DNA of 33,081 nucleotides from Candidatus Moraniibacteriota bacterium (lineage in GTDB: Bacteria > Patescibacteriota > Minisyncoccia > Moranbacterales > GCA-2747515): the NCBI GenBank assembly GCA_020428995.1, contig JAGQLW010000014.1, positions 1-33,081 on the forward strand. Reading direction: 5' to 3'. The notes beneath the pieces are model-generated. The model did no database searches, had not been told where the DNA came from, and saw only the letters and a program-made list of their open reading frames with translations. A program made the position numbers and the translations under genes. This document shows positions 8,453-17,326 of the stretch, one piece after another (position 1 is the first letter of the stretch; every line of letters begins with the position of its first letter).

Positions 8453-9166
8453 ATGTACTGGTCATACATCATCTTTTTTGTGTTTGTGGTAATGGTTCCT
8501 GAGATTGTGACACACGAATACGGAACAATCTCAGAAGATCAAGTTGAATCATTGCTAATCTTTATGGTTGGAGTTGTTGGGTTTTCATTTTTTTTGGGGA
8601 CACATCAAGCCTTGAAAAGTTCGTATAAACGTGAGACAGAATCGGAACGTGAGACATATAAGGCAGTACGAGAACTCAACTCCTCCTATTCATATATTGG
8701 AGAGGTGAATCGTAAAATGGATTTGCTTGGCGAAGTAATGATTGCCGTACCAACAGTGATTGTAGGGGGATTAGAAATGACAGATGAAAAGAAATGGAAG
8801 AGCATTATGGATGCTGTGGAAGTGCTAACACACACAAACCACTTTTCCTTACGATTTGTATCAGGCAAAGAGATAAAAACCCTCAAAGAAATTCAGCGTG
8901 TCCAAAACAAAGATTGCACAATCAACGATCAAGAACTGAGAGAAAAAATGTACAGCACAGTAATCGAAACACAAGATGGATACACAGTCTTTCAGTCACC
9001 ATCCTTAAAAGAATCTCTGCGAGCATACATTATGGTAAAAAAAATATACCACCGCACAACAGATGAAAATCAGATTATGAAAGCTCTCTGTGCTCAAGCG
9101 CTTCTGCTATATATTATTTCTTACAGAAATAATCTCACACAAAGTCCAAAAAAAAGGATAAGATAA
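8453..9166 (+). CDS. Hypothetical membrane protein (two N-terminal TM segments plus a soluble domain of about 170 aa)
   Basis: 237-aa ORF. Hydrophobic segments YIIFFVFVVMVP and LLIFMVGVVGFSFFLG. No catalytic motif recognised. Confidence 0.65.
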   Translation: MYWSYIIFFVFVVMVPEIVTHEYGTISEDQVESLLIFMVGVVGFSFFLGTHQALKSSYKRETESERETYKAVRELNSSYSYIGEVNRKMDLLGEVMIAVPTVIVGGLEMTDEKKWKSIMDAVEVLTHTNHFSLRFVSGKEIKTLKEIQRVQNKDCTINDQELREKMYSTVIETQDGYTVFQSPSLKESLRAYIMVKKIYHRTTDENQIMKALCAQALLLYIISYRNNLTQSPKKRIR

Positions 9167-9188
9167 TTAATTTTTTAGCAAAGACAAT

Positions 9189-9638
9189 ATGAAAGTATTA
9201 TTACTCAAAGATGAAAAAAAAATTGGGAAAAAAGGAGAGATCAAAGAAGTTTCTGATGGGTATGCAAGAAATTCTTTGTTTCCAAGAAAAATTGCCACAC
9301 CAGCAACAGAAGCGACTGTCTCGCAAATAAAACAAGAAAAACAGCAAGAGGTTGTCAAAGATGCACTGCAAAAGAAAGAAATAGAGACCATCATTGAAAA
9401 GATTGACAACAAATCAATCACTATTAAACGAAGATCACAAGGAGAAAAACTTTTTGGATCAGTGGATAAAGAGGCGATTGTCGAATCTCTTAAAAAAGAA
9501 TATAATGTGAATGTTACAAACAGTTGGGTGAAAATAAACCATCCAATCAAGACGGTTGGTCAACATGATGTAACGATTGAGGTCGATTCGGGAAAGAAAG
9601 CAAAAATTACCATTTGTGTAGAAGCCGTGAAACAATAA
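9189..9638 (+). CDS. rplI: 50S ribosomal protein L9
   Basis: 149 aa. [36 protein letters not shown] is the canonical L9 N-terminal domain. Confidence 0.93.
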   Translation: MKVLLLKDEKKIGKKGEIKEVSDGYARNSLFPRKIATPATEATVSQIKQEKQQEVVKDALQKKEIETIIEKIDNKSITIKRRSQGEKLFGSVDKEAIVESLKKEYNVNVTNSWVKINHPIKTVGQHDVTIEVDSGKKAKITICVEAVKQ

Positions 9639-9660
9639 TAAAAACAGTAAAAATATTAAA

Positions 9661-9691
9661 GGGGGTCGCAATCAGCGACTCTTTGTCTTTT
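9661..9691 (+). terminator. Rho-independent terminator candidate after rplI
   Basis: GGGGGTCGC (9661-9669), loop AATCA, GCGACTC (9675-9681), then TTTGTCTTTT. Confidence 0.45.
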
Positions 9692-9730
9692 ATAAAGAAA
9701 ATATAATCCATATTCACCAGAGATATTAAT

Positions 9731-11377
9731 ATGAAGAAAAAAAAGTTCATCTTTGTGGTTGGGGGTGTGATGAGTGGCGTAGGAAAGGGGATTACGACTG
9801 CATCTATTGCGACAATTCTCAAAGCGCGCGGTTTGTCAGTAACAACACTCAAAATCGATCCATACATCAATGTTGATGCGGGAACAATGAACCCAACAGA
9901 GCATGGTGAAGTTTTTGTCCTCAACGATGGATATGAAACAGATCAAGACATGGGGAATTATGAACGTTTTTTGGAAAAAGTGCTTCCAAACGACAACTAC
10001 ATGACGACAGGAAGGGTGTACCAATCCGTCATTGAGCGTGAACGAAACCTGGAATACAAAGGAAAGTGTGTGGAAGTAGTGCCTCATATTCCTTTGGAGG
10101 TAATTCACCGTATTGAGAAAGCACAGGAAAAAGCCAAAGCAGACGTCACCATTACGGAAATCGGTGGGACAATTGGGGAATATCAAAATATTCTATTTTT
10201 GGAAGCTGCGCGTATGATGCGCAACAAATATCCGGGAGATGTGTTGTTTGTGTTAGTGAGCTATCTTCCAAATCCAAGCAAGGTTGGTGAGCCAAAAACA
10301 AAGCCAACACAATACGCCGCACGCACACTCAATGGAGCCGGCATTCAGGCAGATGTTATTGTCGCGCGATCAGAAATTCCACTAGACAAAAAACGCAAAG
10401 AAAAAATTGCTGTGTTTTGCAATATTAACGAGAACCATGTAATCAGTGCTCCAGATGTTGATACAATCTATGATGTGCCAGTGAACTTTGAAAAAGATGG
10501 GCTCAGTGACACAATTTTGTCAATTCTGAATGCAAAAGATGAAGCAAAAGAATCAGATCTTACAGCATGGAAGACACTGTCGCGAAAGATTCGCACATTA
10601 GAAAAAGAGGTAAAAATTGGAATTGTTGGAAAATATTTCGAGACGGGATCATTTATTCTCAGTGACGCCTACATTAGTGTTATTGAAGCAGTGAAACACG
10701 CAGCATATGCAAATGGTCGTAAACCAAAAATCGAGTGGCTCAATAGTATAGAATATGAAAAAGATCCAAAAAAAGTTGCGGAACTAAGTGATTATGACGG
10801 CATTGTCATCCCTGGCGGATTTGGTTCACGAGGAATTGAAGGGAAAATCATAGCAATCAAATACTGCCGTGAAAAGAAGATTCCCTATTTTGGATTATGT
10901 TACGGCATGCAGTTAATGGTCATTGAATACGCACGTAACAAAGCAGGGATGAAAGACGCACACACACCTGAAGTGAACGATAAGACACCATTTCCCGTAA
11001 TTGACATTATGATTGAGCAAAAAGAACGACTCAAAAACAAAGACTACGGCGGAACAATGCGCCTTGGAGCATATCCGGCAACAGTAAAGAAGGGAACAAT
11101 TGCACACAAGGCATACAAAAAAGAGAGGATTTCCGAGCGCCATCGCCATCGCTATGAAGTAAACCCAGAATTTATTGAAAGAATTGAACAAGCAGGACTC
11201 ATTTTTTCAGCAACATCTCCTGATAAACATCTTATGGAAATTGCTGAATTGCCACAGAGCCAGCATCCATTTTTTGTGGGCGCGCAGTTTCACCCAGAAT
11301 TTCAGACATCACCTTTTGCGCCACATCCACTCTTCCACGCCTTTGTCAAAGCTGCCAAAGAGCGCGAAGAGGAATAA
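9731..11377 (+). CDS. pyrG: CTP synthase
   Basis: 548 aa. FIFVVGGVMSGVGKGITTASI, GTMNPTEHGEVFV, the GATase motif GLCYGMQ and a C-terminal HPEF. Confidence 0.96.
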   Translation: MKKKKFIFVVGGVMSGVGKGITTASIATILKARGLSVTTLKIDPYINVDAGTMNPTEHGEVFVLNDGYETDQDMGNYERFLEKVLPNDNYMTTGRVYQSVIERERNLEYKGKCVEVVPHIPLEVIHRIEKAQEKAKADVTITEIGGTIGEYQNILFLEAARMMRNKYPGDVLFVLVSYLPNPSKVGEPKTKPTQYAARTLNGAGIQADVIVARSEIPLDKKRKEKIAVFCNINENHVISAPDVDTIYDVPVNFEKDGLSDTILSILNAKDEAKESDLTAWKTLSRKIRTLEKEVKIGIVGKYFETGSFILSDAYISVIEAVKHAAYANGRKPKIEWLNSIEYEKDPKKVAELSDYDGIVIPGGFGSRGIEGKIIAIKYCREKKIPYFGLCYGMQLMVIEYARNKAGMKDAHTPEVNDKTPFPVIDIMIEQKERLKNKDYGGTMRLGAYPATVKKGTIAHKAYKKERISERHRHRYEVNPEFIERIEQAGLIFSATSPDKHLMEIAELPQSQHPFFVGAQFHPEFQTSPFAPHPLFHAFVKAAKEREEE

Positions 11378-11447
11378 GAAAAAAGCTACAACAAAAAAAC
11401 ACCTCCGCGTTTGTGCGAGGGGTTGATGTAAAAAATTATAACAAAAG

Positions 11448-11472
11448 ACCCACCGGAAAAGGTGGGTTTTTT
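11448..11472. terminator. Bidirectional rho-independent terminator between convergent pyrG and rpmA
   Basis: ACCCACC (11448-11454), loop GGAAAA, GGTGGGT (11461-11467). An A run lies upstream and a T run downstream, so it reads as a terminator on both strands. Confidence 0.75.
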
Positions 11473-11491
11473 AATTCAAAAGATTTTTTAA

Positions 11492-11764
11492 TCAATCAAC
11501 GTGCACAAACTGACGAGGAACAAGCTTGCCAGTAAAATCACGCACACGACGCTTTTGAAAACGCACAACACCATCTGCTGTTGCAAAAAGAGTGTCGTCT
11601 TCACCTCTGGCAACATTCGTGCCAGGATGAAACTTTGTTCCGCGTTGTCGAATGATAATCTCACTCGTGGAAATGGTCTGTCCACCATAAACCTTCACAC
11701 CGAGACGTTTTGAAATGGAATCGCGACCCAGTTTGGTTGAGCCACCCGCTTTACGTGTTGCCAT
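11492..11764 (-). CDS. rpmA: 50S ribosomal protein L27
   Basis: 90 aa. [29 protein letters not shown] and [13 protein letters not shown] are canonical L27 sequence. Confidence 0.95.
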   Translation of the reverse strand: MATRKAGGSTKLGRDSISKRLGVKVYGGQTISTSEIIIRQRGTKFHPGTNVARGEDDTLFATADGVVRFQKRRVRDFTGKLVPRQFVHVD

Positions 11765-11884
11765 AAGAAAAAATCGTTACAAATCTTGACTAAATCAATA
11801 AAATAAGCATTACTGAAGTGTAGCCGATAAAGAGGGGTTTGTCAAACACAAAAGCAAGGGTCTGTAAATACACCAAAAAAGCAT

Positions 11885-12295
11885 ATGAAAAAAGCACTCA
11901 AAGAAGCATTGGAGACAATCAGAGAAAATAGTAAAAAAATACTCTTAAGCTTCATAATCATCATGGGGGCAATAGCATGTTTCCAAGGAGGAATGGTATA
12001 TTCAAAAGATCAAGCAAAGGAAAAACCTCTGGTTATTGAAACACCTCCAATGTGCGAAGAAGTACCAACAAAGCCACAAGAGACATTGTCAAAAGATAAG
12101 GCGACAATGTCAGAGACACAGGAAGTGGCAAGCACAGAAAAAACAAGCTGTTTGTACGTGGGGAGCAAAAACTCTGACAAATACTATCCCCCAAGTTGTT
12201 CATTTGCAAAACGAATCAAGCCAGAAAATCTGATGTGTTTTCAAAGCGACGAAGAAGCACAAAAGAAAGGGTACAAACGTTCGAGTTCATGCTAA
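11885..12295 (+). CDS. Membrane-anchored protein with a C-terminal Cys-containing Ada-Zn-like ('sunset'-type) domain
   Basis: 136 aa. TM segment ILLSFIIIMGAIACF. The C-terminus CLYVGSKNSDKYYPPSCSFAKRIKPENLMCFQSDEEAQKKGYKRS resembles the Y(H/Y)xxxC...F.S.EEA...GYR pattern. The family name is recalled from memory, not searched. Confidence 0.6.
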   Translation: MKKALKEALETIRENSKKILLSFIIIMGAIACFQGGMVYSKDQAKEKPLVIETPPMCEEVPTKPQETLSKDKATMSETQEVASTEKTSCLYVGSKNSDKYYPPSCSFAKRIKPENLMCFQSDEEAQKKGYKRSSSC

Positions 12296-12344
12296 AATAA
12301 AAACATAAGCCCGACGTTTACACAAATAAATAAAAGAAAACCAC

Positions 12345-13043
12345 ATGCCAAAAAAAGAAACAATCATCATCTCTCTCGGGGGATCGCTCATTATTCCAGA
12401 AGAAATCGACACAAATTTCGTCCGTCGTTTTCGAGAAATGCTTCTCAAACAAATTGATCAAGGAAAACGGTTTCTTCTCATTGTTGGTGGTGGAAAGACG
12501 GCAAGAAAATATCAAAACGCCGCTCAAGAAATCGACGAAGAAATCACAGACGAAGATCGTGATTGGTTGGGCATCCACTCCACACGACTGAATGCACAAT
12601 TTTTAAGAACTGTTTTCCGCAAGTGGGCATATCCTCGCATCAACACAAACCCTCATGATCTGGAGGATTTTTATCAATGTACAGAACCAGTGATAATCGC
12701 TGCAGGGTGGCGCCCAGGCTGGTCCACGGATTATGACGCAACACTTCTGGCAAAATATTTAGACATCACAACGATTATAAACCTCTCTAACATTGATTAC
12801 GTCTATGACAAGGACCCAAAAAAACACAAAGACGCACAAAAGAAAGAAAAAATGGATTGGAAAGAATTCTGCACACTCGTTGGTGACACATGGGATCCTG
12901 GAATGAATGCGCCATTTGATCCAATTGCGTCGAAACAGGCATCGGAAGAAAAAATGCGTGTTGTGATTATGAATGGAAAAAACATTGAAAATCTCGAAAA
13001 CTATCTCAACGGGAAAGAATTCACCGGCACAACGATTGAATAG
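12345..13043 (+). CDS. pyrH: UMP kinase, archaeal-type
   Basis: 232 aa. ISLGGSLIIPEE, LIVGGGKTARKY, HSTRLNAQFL, GWRPGWSTDYDATLLAKYL, NIDYVYDKDPKK and a C-terminal GTTIE are collinear with Pyrococcus-type PyrH as I recall it. Confidence 0.8.
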   Translation: MPKKETIIISLGGSLIIPEEIDTNFVRRFREMLLKQIDQGKRFLLIVGGGKTARKYQNAAQEIDEEITDEDRDWLGIHSTRLNAQFLRTVFRKWAYPRINTNPHDLEDFYQCTEPVIIAAGWRPGWSTDYDATLLAKYLDITTIINLSNIDYVYDKDPKKHKDAQKKEKMDWKEFCTLVGDTWDPGMNAPFDPIASKQASEEKMRVVIMNGKNIENLENYLNGKEFTGTTIE

Positions 13044-13227
13044 CAAAAAAGAGACAAAACTTTGGAAGAAGGCTAAAAAATAGATGCATCTATGACGGCA
13101 TCTATAGACAGACTTCATTGCCTAGCATAAGATTTTTCTCGCTCCAGAGCTGAGGAGTTTTCTTATGGGAAAGATCACAAAAAAAACTCTATCCCAAAAA
13201 AAACGAACGTGATACAATAAAAACACT

Positions 13228-14325
13228 ATGAAATATATAACAAGTGCAATCATTTTCTCAGGAGTGCTGTTCCTTTCAGGTTGCTCACTGCCTGGAATGG
13301 GGGGATCAAGCGCAACTGTTGGTCAATCAGCCATTCAACGCTCACTCGACGGCGGAAGAATTTTCACACCTCAAGCAACAATTAATGAAAAGACTTCGTT
13401 TGACAGTGCAAGTGTTCTTTCCATGACAATCACTGGTGAGCAAGGAGAGATCATCTACGCGGGGTTAGAAAGTGGCGGAATAATGAAATCCAAAAATCAG
13501 GGAGACACATGGGAAAATCTGGACTTTCCACCAGAAAAAGTGTACGGTATTGGCACGGCAGGACAAGAAATTGTCTATGCAATTGGACAATGGGAAGAAC
13601 GGGGGCGAGCATACAAAAGTATAGACAGTGGAAAAAACTGGGAAGAGATTTATGCCGAACCAACAGGAGGAACAGTGCTTACATCAATGGCTGTCAATCC
13701 ACAAATCCCAGAAATGATTTTCATTGGAACAAGTGAGGGGGTAGTGTTCAAAACAACAGATGCTGGACAATCATGGAGTGGTGTCGCAACAACAAAAGAA
13801 CCAATCACAAGCATCATTTTTGACCCAAGAGAACCACGCACAATATATTTGCAATTATTCGGCAAAAGTGAATTAATGCGATCAAGGGACACGGGACGAA
13901 CATTTGAACGATTGCAACCAAAAATCACAGAAAAGATAGTGCAAGTGGAAAACTCAGACAAGCCACAAAAAGAACCAAAAGAGAAAAGTGTTGGGAAAAT
14001 TACAGCAATAGCAACATCACCGGCTCAGGCGGGTCTGGTCATTCTTGGTACAGAAAGTGGTCTTGTCAAAAGTGTCGACTATGGACAGACATTTGAACAA
14101 ATGAGTGTTGTGGGTTCTGTGGAGGAAGTGCCAATCTCAGCAATCAGTGCTGACCCACAAGATACACAAAAAATCCTTTTTTCAGCGGGGCAAGAGCTGT
14201 ATACATACAACAACGGTGCAATTTCACCAGCAAAAATATCCATCGGATCAAAGCAGTCAGTGCGCCTGATTGAAAGAGTTTCAAAAGCACAAGGTATTAT
14301 ATTCGCAGCAATGCGTGCACAATAA
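13228..14325 (+). CDS. Lipoprotein with BNR/Asp-box repeats (Ycf48/sialidase-like beta-propeller)
   Basis: 365 aa. Lipobox LFLSGC. Repeated S/T-x-D-x-G-x-(T/S)-(W/F) boxes: SKNQGDTWENL, SIDSGKNWEEI, TTDAGQSWSGV, SRDTGRTFERL, SVDYGQTFEQM. Confidence 0.8.
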   Translation: MKYITSAIIFSGVLFLSGCSLPGMGGSSATVGQSAIQRSLDGGRIFTPQATINEKTSFDSASVLSMTITGEQGEIIYAGLESGGIMKSKNQGDTWENLDFPPEKVYGIGTAGQEIVYAIGQWEERGRAYKSIDSGKNWEEIYAEPTGGTVLTSMAVNPQIPEMIFIGTSEGVVFKTTDAGQSWSGVATTKEPITSIIFDPREPRTIYLQLFGKSELMRSRDTGRTFERLQPKITEKIVQVENSDKPQKEPKEKSVGKITAIATSPAQAGLVILGTESGLVKSVDYGQTFEQMSVVGSVEEVPISAISADPQDTQKILFSAGQELYTYNNGAISPAKISIGSKQSVRLIERVSKAQGIIFAAMRAQ

Positions 14326-14372
14326 AAAAAGTGATCGTACAAAAAAACAGTAAAACGTAAACGACAAAAACA

Positions 14373-14933
14373 ATGGAATACAAAGAATTAATAGACGAAC
14401 GCAGTAATGATTTTCAAGAAGCAGTTGAACATGTGATTGGTGAGTTTGGAAAATTGCGAACGGGACGTGCCAACGCATCTCTCGTAGAAGACATTAGAGT
14501 GGACTACTACGGAAGTAAAACCCCGCTCAAACAAGTGGCAACCGTGAGTGTGCCCGAACCAAGACAAATCACAATTGCACCATGGAGTGTTGATTCTCTT
14601 GCAAACATCGAAGCAGCAATCAAACTGGCGAACCTAGGTGTGTCAGCATCAAACGATGGGAAAGTGATTCGCCTCACATTGCCACAATTGACTGAAGAGC
14701 GTCGCAAAGAACTGGTAAAGGTGGCGGGGAAAAAAGCGGAGGAGGCAAAAATATCCATCCGCACAATTCGCGAAGACGTGTGGAACAAAATTCAAGACTA
14801 CACAAAAAATGGAGAAATCGCCGAAGATGACAAATTTCGCGCAAAAGAAGAATTGCAAGAAGTTGTCGATACTTTCAATAAAAAGGTGGAGCAATTGAGA
14901 CAAAAGAAAGAGGAAGAAATTATGACGATTTAA
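14373..14933 (+). CDS. frr: Ribosome recycling factor
   Basis: 186 aa. RTGRANASLVEDIRVDYYGSKTPLKQVATVSVPEPRQITIAPW and LTEERRKELVK. Confidence 0.95.
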   Translation: MEYKELIDERSNDFQEAVEHVIGEFGKLRTGRANASLVEDIRVDYYGSKTPLKQVATVSVPEPRQITIAPWSVDSLANIEAAIKLANLGVSASNDGKVIRLTLPQLTEERRKELVKVAGKKAEEAKISIRTIREDVWNKIQDYTKNGEIAEDDKFRAKEELQEVVDTFNKKVEQLRQKKEEEIMTI

Positions 14934-15029
14934 GAACACAAAATAATAAATTAAAAAAAACAGCAATCGCTGACACTGTCTCAAAAAAGGAGGGAGGCAA
15001 GTGCAAGAAACATTGCTGTAAAAAGAAAA

Positions 15030-16196
15030 ATGATTATCGGAACAATTATTCTGTTTATTCTCGTGCTCGGCATTCTTATTTTTGTGCACGAAATGGGACA
15101 TTTTATAACGGCAAAACGAAACGGTGTAGGAGCGTATGAATTTGGTTTTGGTTTTCCACCACGTGCAATTGGTATTGTCAAAGACGACAAAACAAGAAAA
15201 TGGCGAATAGTGATTGGCAGTAAAGAGCATTATACTGGAAAAAACACACTATACTCCCTCAACTGGATTCCGTTAGGCGGATTCGTTAGAATCAAAGGAG
15301 AAGAAGGTGGGCATGAAAATGAAAAAGACAGTTTTTCAGCACAATCAGCATGGGTGCGTGTGAAAATTTTGGCAGCCGGTGTAGTGATGAACTTTGTTTT
15401 GGCATGGGTGTTAATTTCAATTGTCATGTTTGTTGGTGCGCCGCAACCAGTTGATCCTGGAACGATGGACAAAGATGATGTTCATGTGCAAGTTCAAGCA
15501 ATGACACCAGATGCACCAGGCGCAACAATGGGATTAAAAGTGGGGGATGAAATCGTCAAAGGGTGTGCAGAAAAAAAATGTCAAAAAATTAGTAATGTCG
15601 AAGATCTTCAAAATTTCGTCGCAAAAAATAAAGGGGATGAAATTTCATTGACAATCACACGTGGGTCCATAGAGGAAACACTCACAACAACACCACGTGT
15701 TTACTATCCAAGCGATCAGGGTCCACTAGGAGTGTCTTTGGTCGAAGTGTCATTCATAAGTTACCCATGGTATGAAGCAATAGCACGTGGTGCTGGTGCT
15801 GTTATTAACATTACGCTCACAATTCTTGGTGCACTCGGTGCGCTTATTGCCAGCTTGTTCACAAAGGCGAGTGTCTCGGCAGATCTCGCTGGTCCTGTGG
15901 GAATTGCTGTTCTCACGCGTCAGGTGGCTGATCTCGGATTTGTCTATCTCATGCAGTTTACAGCAATTTTGAGCATCAATCTCGGCATCATCAACATACT
16001 ACCAATCCCCGCACTTGATGGTGGAAGAATTTTGTTTGTACTTATCGAGAAGATCAAAGGGTCACCTGTAAGCAAAAAAATGGAACAAAGAATGCATGCA
16101 GCAGGGTTTATGTTACTCATCGGGTTAATGTTGTTTGTGACAGTGTGGGATTTTCTTCGATTCAACATTGTTGAGAAAATAGGAAATTTGTTCTAA
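15030..16196 (+). CDS. rseP: RIP (site-2) zinc metalloprotease, M50 family
   Basis: 388 aa. HEMGHFITAK (HExxH), a central PDZ-like segment (GLKVGDEIV) and NLGIINILPIPALDGG. Confidence 0.92.
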   Translation: MIIGTIILFILVLGILIFVHEMGHFITAKRNGVGAYEFGFGFPPRAIGIVKDDKTRKWRIVIGSKEHYTGKNTLYSLNWIPLGGFVRIKGEEGGHENEKDSFSAQSAWVRVKILAAGVVMNFVLAWVLISIVMFVGAPQPVDPGTMDKDDVHVQVQAMTPDAPGATMGLKVGDEIVKGCAEKKCQKISNVEDLQNFVAKNKGDEISLTITRGSIEETLTTTPRVYYPSDQGPLGVSLVEVSFISYPWYEAIARGAGAVINITLTILGALGALIASLFTKASVSADLAGPVGIAVLTRQVADLGFVYLMQFTAILSINLGIINILPIPALDGGRILFVLIEKIKGSPVSKKMEQRMHAAGFMLLIGLMLFVTVWDFLRFNIVEKIGNLF

Positions 16197-16240
16197 ATTA
16201 TGAAAATTTTTTCAAAAACAGACAATCAAAAATAAAAAAA

Positions 16241-17179
16241 ATGTCCCGAAAAGAAATTTGCAAAATTGTGATTATTGGTCTGGTAATAATCAGTGCCACA
16301 GGTGGATACAAGAGCATGCACACTGCAGCGTTTGTAGATTCAGCCAGCAATATTGTAGTACCGTTGATATGGTTTGCACTGCTATCAGCAATAATTGCAA
16401 TAGCAGGGATCTTGATGAGAAAAAAAACAGATCATGCAGTAATTGCTACAGCATCAATGCTCCCAAGCGTCTTTTTTGCCTTAGAAATAACACACGTAGT
16501 GATGCTTGTGGTGTCAACGATGATTATCTATACCGCAGTGAGACGTATTAAAGCAGACGCCGATGAACGAAAAAAAGTCCGTGTGAGTCGAAACATTAAT
16601 GCAGGAATAGTAAGAATCAGTATGGCAGTTGCATTGGTAATTAGCAGTCAATACTTCATTTACCTACAAGAAAAAACAATTAATGATATCGTTCCACAAA
16701 TTACAGATATTCCTGAAGCTGAACGCATCATCGATGTCATAACCACAACAATGAGTCCAAACATGCAAAATGGCGGAGAGACAACAATAGACAGCTTAAC
16801 AACACAACAACAGGGACAGGCATCACAAGAATTTTTCAGTGGAAATAATCAAATAAATGGCGGAGAAGAATTGAAAAAAAATCTTTTCCAACAAGCAGGA
16901 GAAGAAATATCCGGAGATGAAACAGTAACTGATGTAATTGCAAAAATAGCAAATCAAAGAATCAAAAAATTACTAGGAGCAGAGACACAGACTGACCAAA
17001 AAATCACCAAAACAACAGCTCTGGTAATTAGTTTAGTTGTGTTTATAACAGTACTGTCAATCTATTCATTTGTGCGACCATTCATAGCAGGAACAGGATC
17101 CATGATCTTCACAGTCCTCAAGTGGACAAAAGTAATTGCAATAGAAAAAAAACAACAAGAAGTTGAAGTGATTGTTTAA
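16241..17179 (+). CDS. Hypothetical polytopic membrane protein
   Basis: 312-aa ORF. About four N-terminal hydrophobic segments, a Q/T/E-rich central region and one C-terminal TM (ALVISLVVFITVLSIYSF). No family recognised. Confidence 0.65.
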   Translation: MSRKEICKIVIIGLVIISATGGYKSMHTAAFVDSASNIVVPLIWFALLSAIIAIAGILMRKKTDHAVIATASMLPSVFFALEITHVVMLVVSTMIIYTAVRRIKADADERKKVRVSRNINAGIVRISMAVALVISSQYFIYLQEKTINDIVPQITDIPEAERIIDVITTTMSPNMQNGGETTIDSLTTQQQGQASQEFFSGNNQINGGEELKKNLFQQAGEEISGDETVTDVIAKIANQRIKKLLGAETQTDQKITKTTALVISLVVFITVLSIYSFVRPFIAGTGSMIFTVLKWTKVIAIEKKQQEVEVIV

Positions 17180-17245
17180 GAGTCTGTTTGAAAAACTGCT
17201 CTAATGAAACGAACAGGCAAAGATTCTAGTCAAAAAAACTTGGAA

Positions 17246-17272
17246 TTAGCACTCATCAATGAGGATTGCCAA
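17246..17272 (+). promoter_or_regulatory. CIRCE-like inverted repeat (HrcA operator) upstream of dnaJ
   Basis: TTAGCACTC-N9-GATTGCCAA compared with the consensus TTAGCACTC-N9-GAGTGCTAA. The left arm matches 9/9 and the right arm 7/9. It lies 55 nt upstream of the dnaJ ATG. Confidence 0.7.
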
Positions 17273-17294
17273 AAAGTACCTCCTGGTGTATGAT
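17266..17294 (+). promoter_or_regulatory. Sigma-70-like promoter candidate for dnaJ, overlapping the CIRCE right arm
   Basis: TTGCCA (17266-17271), 17-nt spacer, TATGAT (17289-17294). Confidence 0.45.
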
Positions 17295-17326
17295 AAAAAC
17301 AATTAAAAGTACAAACTCAAGAACGT

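Noticed and set aside
13081-13092. 12-nt perfect palindrome TAGATGCATCTA, with a nearby GCATCTAT direct repeat, in the pyrH-lipoprotein spacer
   Set aside because: It is too short to distinguish from chance in AT-rich DNA. There is no second copy in the window and no T tract to make it a terminator.
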